Assembly: GCA_018650165.1 (NCBI GenBank)
Contig: JABIGM010000024.1
Span: 2,192 to 66,191 of the forward strand
Length of the DNA stretch: 64,000 nt
Reading direction: 5' to 3'
Origin: Methanobacteriota archaeon
GTDB lineage: Archaea; Thermoplasmatota; Poseidoniia; Poseidoniales; Poseidoniaceae
Program-made: the position numbers and the translations under genes
Notes under the pieces: generated by a model
Database searches by the model: none
What the model saw: only the letters and a program-made list of their open reading frames with translations
Told to the model about the DNA's origin: nothing
Shown: positions 1 through 7,176 of the stretch, in pieces
Layout of the letters: every line of letters begins with the position of its first letter
Position numbering within the stretch: position 1 is the stretch's first letter

Positions 1-2
1 AT

Positions 3-152
3 GTAGAAAATTTAATTTCAATAGCTAAACAAAGTGGTAATGGAGCAGGGAATGAGCATGTTGCTAAAGAAAAATCAGGGTTTGGGGGGGGATTCACCAT
101 ATTATTGATTTGTTTGGTGATTGGTAGGATTGTACTTTATAGCCTGAAATAA
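3..152 (+). CDS. 3-prime end of a CDS cut by the window edge; Gly-rich segment, hydrophobic helix and basic end (C-terminal membrane anchor, possibly a sorting signal)
   Basis: Frame 3 is open from nt 3 to TAA at 150-152. Hand translation: ...AKEKSGFGGGFTILLICLVIGRIVLYSLK*. It is below the ORF-track length cut-off. Only 49 codons are visible, so the call rests on the open frame and the anchor-like end. Confidence 0.35.
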   Translation, partial: VENLISIAKQSGNGAGNEHVAKEKSGFGGGFTILLICLVIGRIVLYSLK

Positions 153-286
153 ATGAAGAACTATTGCTAGTGTTTTTGCTTGCCTCATGGCCTCAGACAC
201 ATCCATTGGAAATTGATGTGGACTTGTTAGCTTGGTCGCTGCTGAATAGTCCTGAAGGACTTCCTATCTGGTTGCAGTAATTACTC

Positions 287-302
287 CCAGACTTGGATCA
301 GA
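287..302. repeat. copy 1 of a 16-nt direct repeat CCAGACTTGGATCAGA (plus-strand reading), 3 nt beyond the stop of the small zinc-ribbon ORF
   Basis: Exact 16/16 match to 494-509. With flanks it reads ACTnCCAGACTTGGATCAGAnTTT (22/24). Confidence 0.6.
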
Positions 303-304
303 TT

Positions 305-448
305 TTATCTGTCGTTATTACTGTAATCTAGAGCTCTCGAGCGGCTCGCAATGAAATCATCAGCACAACTACTGCATAGGTAATTTCCATCAATTCTAGT
401 ATCTGCTGGTTCTTCATTACAAGCTGGGCAAATGTATTCATCAGTCAT
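305..448 (-). CDS. small zinc-ribbon protein (47 aa), not in the ORF track
   Basis: Hand translation of the minus strand from ATG (446-448) to TAA (305-307) gives MTDEYICPACNEEPADTRIDGNYLCSSCADDFIASRSRALDYSNNDR. It has two CxxC pairs 14 residues apart. It is co-directional with trmY and starts 57 nt after the trmY stop codon. Confidence 0.45.
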   Translation of the reverse strand: MTDEYICPACNEEPADTRIDGNYLCSSCADDFIASRSRALDYSNNDR

Positions 449-493
449 GATATGTCCTTGGATTGAAGTCTAATAGTTAATTCGACGAGACTA

Positions 494-509
494 CCAGACT
501 TGGATCAGA
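494..509. repeat. copy 2 of the 16-nt direct repeat, overlapping the trmY stop codon (505-507)
   Basis: Exact match to 287-302. Both copies sit at the 3-prime ends of consecutive minus-strand genes, 207 nt apart. Confidence 0.6.
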
Positions 510-1095
510 GTTTGAGTTGAACTCCTTCATCGAGAAGGAAGTGAACAATTGAGATACATGTGTGGCCTTGTAGCCATGAACTTCCTAGGCTTCTAGGAAT
601 GCCTCGCTCGCACTCAAGTGGCTTATCATCTCCAAGGATAAATCCAATGTCGTCAATTGAAAAATCACTTGGCAGCACTCCTGAATATAGATTCGTAGAA
701 TCCGCATCTAGTCTGATGATTGGACAATCCCATTCATCCAAAGTCATGTCTAAATCTCCTCCACCATCATAGATTCCAGGACTTCGTTCTACCCAGTGTC
801 CACGTGGAGGCATGGGCTCTTTGATGACTGCAGCAATCTTACCACCGACCGCTCTTTCTTCTGCATGAATCCCTTTCAACTCATTTGAAACAAACTTGAT
901 TCTTCTTGCAGGGCCTGGTCCTCCAAGTAATATCATTGTGAATTCTACATCTTCTCTGATCCCGTGACTCGTGAGTATTGAAGACATTAGTGCCCTAACT
1001 AGAACATCCATTCGCCCAGCACCACCGGCCATGTCACTAAGTGGTAACTTACCCTTAGCCATTGCCCGAGTTCCAACTATGGCAAAGCGGCGCAC
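505..1095 (-). CDS. trmY: tRNA (pseudouridine54-N1)-methyltransferase TrmY (DUF358 SPOUT family)
   Basis: The core ...GGAGRMDVLVRALMSSILTSHGIREDVEFTMILLGGPGPARRIKFVSNELK... and the C-terminal ...GFILGDDKPL...SLG...LQGHTCISIVHFLLD fit the TrmY/DUF358 pattern as I remember it. The track start at 1116 is TTG. GTG at 1093-1095 is preceded by AGGTGAT and gives MRRFAIVG.... Confidence 0.78.
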   Translation of the reverse strand: MRRFAIVGTRAMAKGKLPLSDMAGGAGRMDVLVRALMSSILTSHGIREDVEFTMILLGGPGPARRIKFVSNELKGIHAEERAVGGKIAAVIKEPMPPRGHWVERSPGIYDGGGDLDMTLDEWDCPIIRLDADSTNLYSGVLPSDFSIDDIGFILGDDKPLECERGIPRSLGSSWLQGHTCISIVHFLLDEGVQLKL

Positions 1096-1099
1096 AAGA

Positions 1100-2281
1100 T
1101 CACCTATTGTTCTCAATGACCGAACGAATTGCGATGCACATTTCCTTCTCTGTATCTAGAATGAAGTGTGCACCATGAGTATCAACAAGCCATCCCCTTG
1201 GCATGTCTTTCTTTCCTATGTCTTCTATTCGGTTTGCAATCGTTGCATTCATTCCTGAAGTTTGAATTTGTGCCACTGCACGGTGAACCAAATCTTTCTG
1301 TTTGATTCCGCTTTCCAATTTGAAACCAATTCGAGTAGAGCCTTTACACAAGTCTTTCAATTCCATTATGTGCTTTGCACCTTCTTGTAACTGAATATCT
1401 AATTCGCCTTGTAGTGATGCGATTTTTCCTTCAACCGGTTCTGGAATTACATAATCAAGAACAGCAGCTGCATGAATCCAGACGTTGATTTCATCCTTTG
1501 CTAGCGCTTTTAATTCGGCTAACATGTCATCGGGGTCTGGGCAATTGATTTCCAAGGGTAGCCAAGCCGGACAATCAACAGTAGTAACTCCACTAACACA
1601 TGTAATGTCCATTCCCAAGCGATACAGATAGTCTGCAATCTGGTAGCCAGTTCGACCACTTGATGTGTTTTGTACATAGCGTACGTCATCTATTGCGCTT
1701 CTTGTCGCCCCAAGTGTAACAACTACTGAAGTGGAGTTTTGATTGATAAAGTGAGCAAGCCTAGCAACGATTTCTTCGTGGTTAGGGTTTTTCCTCTTGC
1801 CTTCTTCTTCTGCACCCCATAGTATCTTAACACCAGATTTAGCACACTGCATGACCAAATCTTCGGTTACTGGGTCACTGGCAAGGTCATTATGCATTGA
1901 TGGAACCATCATTATGGGGGCATTTCTACCCCTTGCAGCGGAAAGTGACATCAATAGTGGACCATTCATCAATCCATGAATAAATGATGCCATTATGTTA
2001 CGAGTTGCAGGTGTTACCAGTATTGCATCAAAATTTGAGAGAGCAGACAGGTCACCATCCCAATCGGTAATAACCTCGCCTTGTGAAGCCCACCTAACTG
2101 CTAGTGAAGTTATGATTTTCTGTGCCGAAGGAGTCATAATTACAGTAATTTCAGCACCGTGCCTACGCAATTCCCTTGCAAGACGTACAGTGTCTACAGC
2201 AGCAATGCCACCTGTGACGCCAAGTAGTACATGCTGGCCCTTTAGTGAGCCACCAAGAACCTCGACATCGGTGTCACGCAT
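1100..2281 (-). CDS. coaBC: bifunctional phosphopantothenoylcysteine decarboxylase / phosphopantothenate-cysteine ligase (CoaBC)
   Basis: N-terminal flavoprotein motifs are present (HVLLGVTGGIAAVDTVRLARELRRHGAEITVIMTPSA; ILVTPATRNIMASFIHGLMNGPL). The C-terminal DFP/CoaB domain is present (NTSSGRTGYQIADYLYRLGMDITCVSG). The track start at 2299 is GTG; the ATG at 2281 gives MRDTDVEV.... Confidence 0.9.
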   Translation of the reverse strand: MRDTDVEVLGGSLKGQHVLLGVTGGIAAVDTVRLARELRRHGAEITVIMTPSAQKIITSLAVRWASQGEVITDWDGDLSALSNFDAILVTPATRNIMASFIHGLMNGPLLMSLSAARGRNAPIMMVPSMHNDLASDPVTEDLVMQCAKSGVKILWGAEEEGKRKNPNHEEIVARLAHFINQNSTSVVVTLGATRSAIDDVRYVQNTSSGRTGYQIADYLYRLGMDITCVSGVTTVDCPAWLPLEINCPDPDDMLAELKALAKDEINVWIHAAAVLDYVIPEPVEGKIASLQGELDIQLQEGAKHIMELKDLCKGSTRIGFKLESGIKQKDLVHRAVAQIQTSGMNATIANRIEDIGKKDMPRGWLVDTHGAHFILDTEKEMCIAIRSVIENNR

Positions 2282-2355
2282 GTTTGTGGCACAAGCCACT
2301 GCTTCAATACGGCTTCGCCGGTTGTTTCAATTGTAAAAGGCCCCTCGAAGGCTCC

Positions 2356-2937
2356 ATGTCGGGTGCTGATGAGATGATATTGGCAGGTTCAAGACCTAAC
2401 CCCTCTGACCCGATTTCTGCTCTTCACAAGCGTGTTTCCTTCGTACTCCTGATAGATTCATTTGTACTATTTATGATTGCTAATAATTTTGTGAGCCCTG
2501 TTCTCGCACTTATTCCAGCAATAGTTGGTGGAATAATTTGGTTCATGTACCGCTCAAAAGCAGACTGGGCCTACTGGTTTGCTCCATTGGTGATGGGATT
2601 GGTTTCAGGATTATTTTGTATATTTTTATTCATCATGGTCTATGCTTTGTTTGTAGGCTCTGGTGGTTCGTGGCTGATAATGATAACACTTCTAATCGGA
2701 TGGGCTACATTTTCCTCAATTCGCTTTATTCGAATTCATTTCCACCCGGTCTACAAGATGGGCTACAGCGGTCATTCTGTACACAATGAAGGGATACAGT
2801 TGGATCCTAATGAAATGCTAGCAGCATGTCCAACTTGCCTTGCTGTCTTAGCAGTAAATCCACTTCTACTTTCGCCCGATGACTCTTGTCCTCACTGTGA
2901 GTCACCTCTAGTGACAAGAAACTATGAGGAAGAGTGA
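2356..2937 (+). CDS. multi-pass membrane protein with C-terminal zinc ribbon; ends in EEE
   Basis: There are four hydrophobic helices (FVLLIDSFVLFMIANNF, LALIPAIVGGIIWFMY, FAPLVMGLVSGLFCIFLFIMVYALFV, WLIMITLLIGWATF). They are followed by CPTC...(17)...CPHC. The track start at 2245 overlaps the coaBC 5-prime end, so the ATG at 2356 (MSGADEM...) is preferred. Confidence 0.6.
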   Translation: MSGADEMILAGSRPNPSDPISALHKRVSFVLLIDSFVLFMIANNFVSPVLALIPAIVGGIIWFMYRSKADWAYWFAPLVMGLVSGLFCIFLFIMVYALFVGSGGSWLIMITLLIGWATFSSIRFIRIHFHPVYKMGYSGHSVHNEGIQLDPNEMLAACPTCLAVLAVNPLLLSPDDSCPHCESPLVTRNYEEE

Positions 2938-2946
2938 ACTTCCCAA

Positions 2947-3972
2947 TCAGCGACTTGCTAGTGTTAGGTTCTTCCACATGTCCTCAGGGACTTCCATGGA
3001 TAGTCTTAGACCACCCATTGCGCCTAGGCGAACTGGGTCATCGACAACGTGAACATTTACATCGCCCATATCAGAAAGCCTGCGCTCGATCATTGCACCA
3101 AGACCCGCTATACCAGAGCCGCCACCTGCAAGAACCATGTTCCTGCGGAATTCGGTGTGGAATTCAGGATTGGATTGGGAAATCAATTCCTTGACATTTT
3201 CAACGATAGGGTCAACAATGGATTCACATGCATTTTGGATACAATCTGTGATATCTAGAGTCATTGCTTTACCTTCGATTGAGAAGTCTACCATTACTGG
3301 CTCATCAGGAGTTGAGGTTGAAACAAAGGAATATTTCTCCTTCCAACGGCGTGCCATATCTTTGGTGATTTGAGCTCCATTGTACTTGCGCTGGATTTCG
3401 ACAATAATTTGGTTGTCAACATAATCTCCGGCATATCCTGTGTGCATTTGGTCATCTGGACCTGGGATAGTACCGTATACACGACACAAGTCAGTAGTTC
3501 CAGCACCGATGTCAATAACAAGAGTGTGTTCAATCATATCTAGAGCGTATGCAACTGCGAACGGCTCTGAAATAATCATTGCAGCGTTAACTGAACCGGC
3601 TGCAGCGTCAAAAATTGCAGTCTTGTCAACGTGGCTTGCTTCCGCAGGCGCTCCAATAACAGCGACGACACGGTCATAGTCTTCAGGATCGGATAGACCG
3701 ATTAGATGAGTAATGAAATGTGCAATAAATTCACGGTCCTCAGGTGTGTCTTTGATGACACCTAGTTCTAGAGGCCGGAATAGGTTTAGTGCAAGCCTAT
3801 TCTTTAGTGCTTCTTCGCCAAAGAGGACGTCTCTCTTCAGGAAATTTCGTGCGATTGGATCCTTTGGGGTTCCAATTACTGTTAGTTCCTCTTCTTCGTG
3901 GCTATCGCTGGATACCATAACAGAGCGGAAGGTTCCAAGGTCTATTCCAATGTAAAGTACTTGTTCGGCCAT
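2947..3972 (-). CDS. mreB: actin/Hsp70-fold ATPase, MreB/Mbl-like (341 aa)
   Basis: Phosphate-1 is IGIDLGTFRS. An RPLELGVIKD motif resembles MreB RPLxDGVIAD. The region also has IGAPAEASHVDKTAIFDAA, phosphate-2 VIDIGAGTTDL and the adenosine motif MVLAGGGSGIAGLGAMIERRL, followed by VVDDPVRLGAMGG. Length is typical of MreB. Confidence 0.72.
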   Translation of the reverse strand: MAEQVLYIGIDLGTFRSVMVSSDSHEEEELTVIGTPKDPIARNFLKRDVLFGEEALKNRLALNLFRPLELGVIKDTPEDREFIAHFITHLIGLSDPEDYDRVVAVIGAPAEASHVDKTAIFDAAAGSVNAAMIISEPFAVAYALDMIEHTLVIDIGAGTTDLCRVYGTIPGPDDQMHTGYAGDYVDNQIIVEIQRKYNGAQITKDMARRWKEKYSFVSTSTPDEPVMVDFSIEGKAMTLDITDCIQNACESIVDPIVENVKELISQSNPEFHTEFRRNMVLAGGGSGIAGLGAMIERRLSDMGDVNVHVVDDPVRLGAMGGLRLSMEVPEDMWKNLTLASR

Positions 3973-4069
3973 GTTAACTCGCCGATTCGTGCGATTGGCT
4001 CTCGCCTTATGAATATGCCTCGCAACTCAATTATGTAAATGGCTGATAATGAATCTATAAAACGATTAA

Positions 4070-5080
4070 CTAACACCAATCTTCACACTTATGGCAGTAC
4101 CATGCAGCGTAGTCGACATATAGTTCAGCCATTTCGCCACAGCCCGTACATTCTTTGAGTGCATGGTCGCCAAAAATTTGCTGAACAATCTGAACATGTA
4201 GTTGCTCATCAATACCTAATTGTTGGCGCATAGCCCATAGCATCTGGTCCTCAGATGGTGATATAATTCCATCAGCTAAACAAATTTCTACAACTACACG
4301 GTAGTCTTCTAGCATCTTAACATCACGTGGGTCCATTGAGACTCCACCTTTCTCTGCCACAATATCAGTGCCTCCGGGGTCATCAACGAATATTACCAAA
4401 GAATCGACATTTAATTGCTCGGAACGTAATTCCAATAGAACCGTTGCTCCATCTTGATTAGCATAAACTAACTTTGAATGTCGATTGATGACTTGGGCAA
4501 TTGATCGTGCAGTATCTTCGGGGCTACGTCCTTTGCGCCATCCGGTTTCACTTGATTCATCATATGAATAGAATTCAGTTCCCAGACCAGGGTATTCAAG
4601 TCTGATTTCTTCTCCACCATCAAATCCATTTGCAACAATTGTGATACTACCAATTGTAGTATCGACAAGGTTATCGTCATCATCAAAAGAAATCATCAGC
4701 GGCTTTCTCTCTTCTGTAGCCGCATTAAAATGTCCACTCATTCCACTCATCCATTTATCTTCAAGACGTTGTAGCGAGGCTTCCTGTTTGCCAGACAGAC
4801 TCTTGTCAATTCCAAGAACATTAGATAATTGTCCACCCTCCATTTCTCTCTTGAAGTCTTCTATGAGTTCAGCATCACGTCGATATGTATCTGGAGGTCC
4901 ACGCTTTTTGGCTACATGATCTGGGTCTTTCCATTCGTATTGGCATCGTGAACATGAGAGATAGCCCGCTAGAGTCGAGGGCTGTTTTTCACCACCACAT
5001 CGAGGGCAGTCTCCCTCTTCATCTGCGGTCAGGTTGTCTGCTGCCTCGCGTCTTCCTTTGCGGAATCCCCAGTCTGACAT
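4070..5080 (-). CDS. uncharacterised protein: N-terminal zinc ribbon, central beta-rich unknown domain, TerB-like helical segment, C-terminal zinc ribbon
   Basis: The N-terminal ribbon is CPRC...(15)...CSRC. The helical segment is DYRVVVEICLADGIISPSEDQMLWAMRQQLGIDEQLHVQIV, which has the TerB/DjlA-N-like xADGxxxxxE pattern. The C-terminal ribbon is CTGC...(14)...CHKC. The start is taken at ATG 5080 (MSDWGF...); the track start is 5143. Confidence 0.6.
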   Translation of the reverse strand: MSDWGFRKGRREAADNLTADEEGDCPRCGGEKQPSTLAGYLSCSRCQYEWKDPDHVAKKRGPPDTYRRDAELIEDFKREMEGGQLSNVLGIDKSLSGKQEASLQRLEDKWMSGMSGHFNAATEERKPLMISFDDDDNLVDTTIGSITIVANGFDGGEEIRLEYPGLGTEFYSYDESSETGWRKGRSPEDTARSIAQVINRHSKLVYANQDGATVLLELRSEQLNVDSLVIFVDDPGGTDIVAEKGGVSMDPRDVKMLEDYRVVVEICLADGIISPSEDQMLWAMRQQLGIDEQLHVQIVQQIFGDHALKECTGCGEMAELYVDYAAWYCHKCEDWC

Positions 5081-5279
5081 ATTACAGGGACTAGGATAGT
5101 CGCATTTGAACACTCTCCTTGTAAAAGAGCCCGCTACCAACAAAATAATTGCTTATCGGGGGCAAACGAAGGCAACCTTTCGCATTCTTCCATCACAACT
5201 TGAGATAAATCTGTGTTCAATTCCGACAACTCTCATACACAAGGTTCAACAACACATCGCCTGTCGGCGGGATGATACT

Positions 5280-5960
5280 ATGTTGCGACAATGCAGAACC
5301 CATGGTCATTTTAGCGGAACAAACTGCCCGACATGCAATGCTGAGGGCAAATTCATCATGTCCGATAGAGAATCCAATAGTCTAGGGCGCATACTTGCGC
5401 TTGTTCTTCGCCATGCTCCAGAGAAATTTGGAGTTGAGATGGATCTGAACGGTTGGGTCAACTCACGTGAACTGTCAGAGGCAATTCAGAAGCAGCGCAA
5501 ACATTACCACTGGATTCGTGGATGGCATTTCGAAGCTATCGCAAATGCAGATGAAAAAGGGCGTTACCAGGTTGAAGGTGAAAATATCAGAGCGACATAT
5601 GGTCATTCCATTGAGCTAGAACTTGACCTACCTACAGACGATATTCCTGAAGCACTATATTGGCCCTGTGACCCAGAAACCGTTGCAACTCATATGGAAC
5701 TTGGAATTACAGCAGGTGACAGAAAGCACGTACACCTGTCTAAAACAATTTCCAATGCTATGGAGGCAGGACACGTACGAATTAGTCGTCCTGCAATCCT
5801 TGAAGTTGATACTACTAGAGCAATTGCTGATGGATTCACAATTTGGCGTGCAGGAACTACAGTATTCCTTTGTGAAGAAATGCCAGCGGAATACCTATTC
5901 CATGTTGAAGAAGAAGACCCTTCAATCCAAGATATGATTGCAATCTGGGAAGAGGAATGA
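5280..5960 (+). CDS. kptA: RNA 2-prime-phosphotransferase KptA/Tpt1 with an N-terminal Cys/His-rich extension; ends in EEE
   Basis: LGRILALVLRHAPEKFGVEMDLNGWVNSRELSEAI..., GRYQVEGENIRATYGHSIELELD... and KHVHLS match the Tpt1 pattern (LRH, RF/Y-x-IRA-x-GHS, HLS). The N-terminus MLRQCRTHGHFSGTNCPTCNAEG is an extra C-x3-H-x-H...C-x2-C element. The ATG at 5280 is preferred over the track start at 5106, which overlaps the neighbouring gene start region. Confidence 0.8.
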   Translation: MLRQCRTHGHFSGTNCPTCNAEGKFIMSDRESNSLGRILALVLRHAPEKFGVEMDLNGWVNSRELSEAIQKQRKHYHWIRGWHFEAIANADEKGRYQVEGENIRATYGHSIELELDLPTDDIPEALYWPCDPETVATHMELGITAGDRKHVHLSKTISNAMEAGHVRISRPAILEVDTTRAIADGFTIWRAGTTVFLCEEMPAEYLFHVEEEDPSIQDMIAIWEEE

Positions 5961-6299
5961 TTACTCAGCGTAATTTCCACAACTCGAACAGAAATTAAGA
6001 TCGGACTCAAGTTGAGTTCCACATGTTGGACACACTCCGCCTGCAATTGCCATTATGAGTTTTGCAGCGTTTGCATTTTCCCCATCTGGTACTTGTAAGG
6101 CTTCAATAATTTTCATTGGGTTTTGCCCTAGATTTGATAGTTCCTTGAATTTTTTAGAAAAGTCCATTGCTAGTAGTAGTGAAGATTCTATTTGCCATTG
6201 GCGTTTTTGACGCTCAACTTTGTCTACAATATCTTCGCAGGACTCTAATTCAGCTTGCATATGACGGATGAACTCATCGACACTAGCGGACTCTGACAT
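5961..6299 (-). CDS. hypothetical helical protein with C-terminal zinc ribbon
   Basis: MSESASVDEFIRHMQAELESCEDIVDKVERQKRQWQIE... is coiled-coil-like. It is followed by CPTCGTQLESDLNFCSSCGNYAE. The stop codon abuts the kptA stop with a 0-nt gap. Confidence 0.5.
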   Translation of the reverse strand: MSESASVDEFIRHMQAELESCEDIVDKVERQKRQWQIESSLLLAMDFSKKFKELSNLGQNPMKIIEALQVPDGENANAAKLIMAIAGGVCPTCGTQLESDLNFCSSCGNYAE

Positions 6300-6367
6300 G
6301 TTACCGTCCTGTCCCAACTCCCATGTAAATCCAATGCACACATTAGGGCGAATTGTATAGCATAAGC

Positions 6368-7141
6368 ATGGGCGGCACTGTAGTCATCAAGTGGGGAGGT
6401 GGTTTAATCACCCACAAAGAACACTTGTGCACAGTAAATTCCGAGGTAATCGATTCGTTGGCTGCTGCTTGTTCGAGATCTGATAAGAAACTTGTAATTG
6501 TGCACGGCGCAGGCTCGTTTGGACACATGAAGGCCAAGAAATACCGATTGGCTGAGGGACGCGTTGATGGTATTTTCCAAAATGACGCAATTGCAGAAGT
6601 CCGCTCAGACATGCTAGAGTTGAATGATTTAGTAATGCAATCACTAACAAAACACGGACTTCATGCTCAAACTTTCGCTCCACACACTTGGGCGAAGGGA
6701 ACCGGTCCTAAATTCGAAGGTGAATTACCGGTTTGTGATGGCGTTACTGTTCTATTTGGAGATGTAGTTGCAGACTCTGAAAGAGAATTTGGAATACTTT
6801 CCGGTGATGATATTGTTTTCCGGTATGCTACTGAATTACCCGATGTCGAGAGGGTGGTTTTTGCGATTGGAGGAGTTGATGGTATTCTGAAAATTCCTCC
6901 TGCTAGAGCAGGACCCGAAGATTTGATTGAAATTTGGGACCCTAGTATGTTCTTCGAAGGAGATCATGCAACGGAAATTGATGTTACAGGTGGTATTGGC
7001 CTAAAAGCCTCAAGAGGTGCAATGATTGCTGAAAAAGGAATTGAAGTAACTCTTGTCAATGGTGAATATGCCGATAGAGTCCTTGCTGCAATTGAAGGTA
7101 GGGCCGTAATTGGTACCCGGATTGTCGCAGGGAACCCTTGA
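6368..7141 (+). CDS. isopentenyl phosphate kinase (amino-acid-kinase fold; archaeal mevalonate pathway)
   Basis: VVIKWGGGLITHK, LVIVHGAGSFGH and ILSGDDIV are typical IPK motifs. The track start at 6353 is TTG; the ATG at 6368 gives MGGTVVIKWGGG. Confidence 0.85.
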   Translation: MGGTVVIKWGGGLITHKEHLCTVNSEVIDSLAAACSRSDKKLVIVHGAGSFGHMKAKKYRLAEGRVDGIFQNDAIAEVRSDMLELNDLVMQSLTKHGLHAQTFAPHTWAKGTGPKFEGELPVCDGVTVLFGDVVADSEREFGILSGDDIVFRYATELPDVERVVFAIGGVDGILKIPPARAGPEDLIEIWDPSMFFEGDHATEIDVTGGIGLKASRGAMIAEKGIEVTLVNGEYADRVLAAIEGRAVIGTRIVAGNP

Positions 7142-7176
7142 TGTAGTGGCCGCGAAACCCAACGATAGGTGAGTGT

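Noticed and set aside
153-270. C/D-box-like motifs (ATGAAGA, TGATGT, CTGA x2) in the 152-nt spacer after the first ORF
   Set aside because: The C box is imperfect. Box spacing of about 100 nt is far longer than archaeal C/D sRNAs, and there are no terminal stem or guide-like segments.
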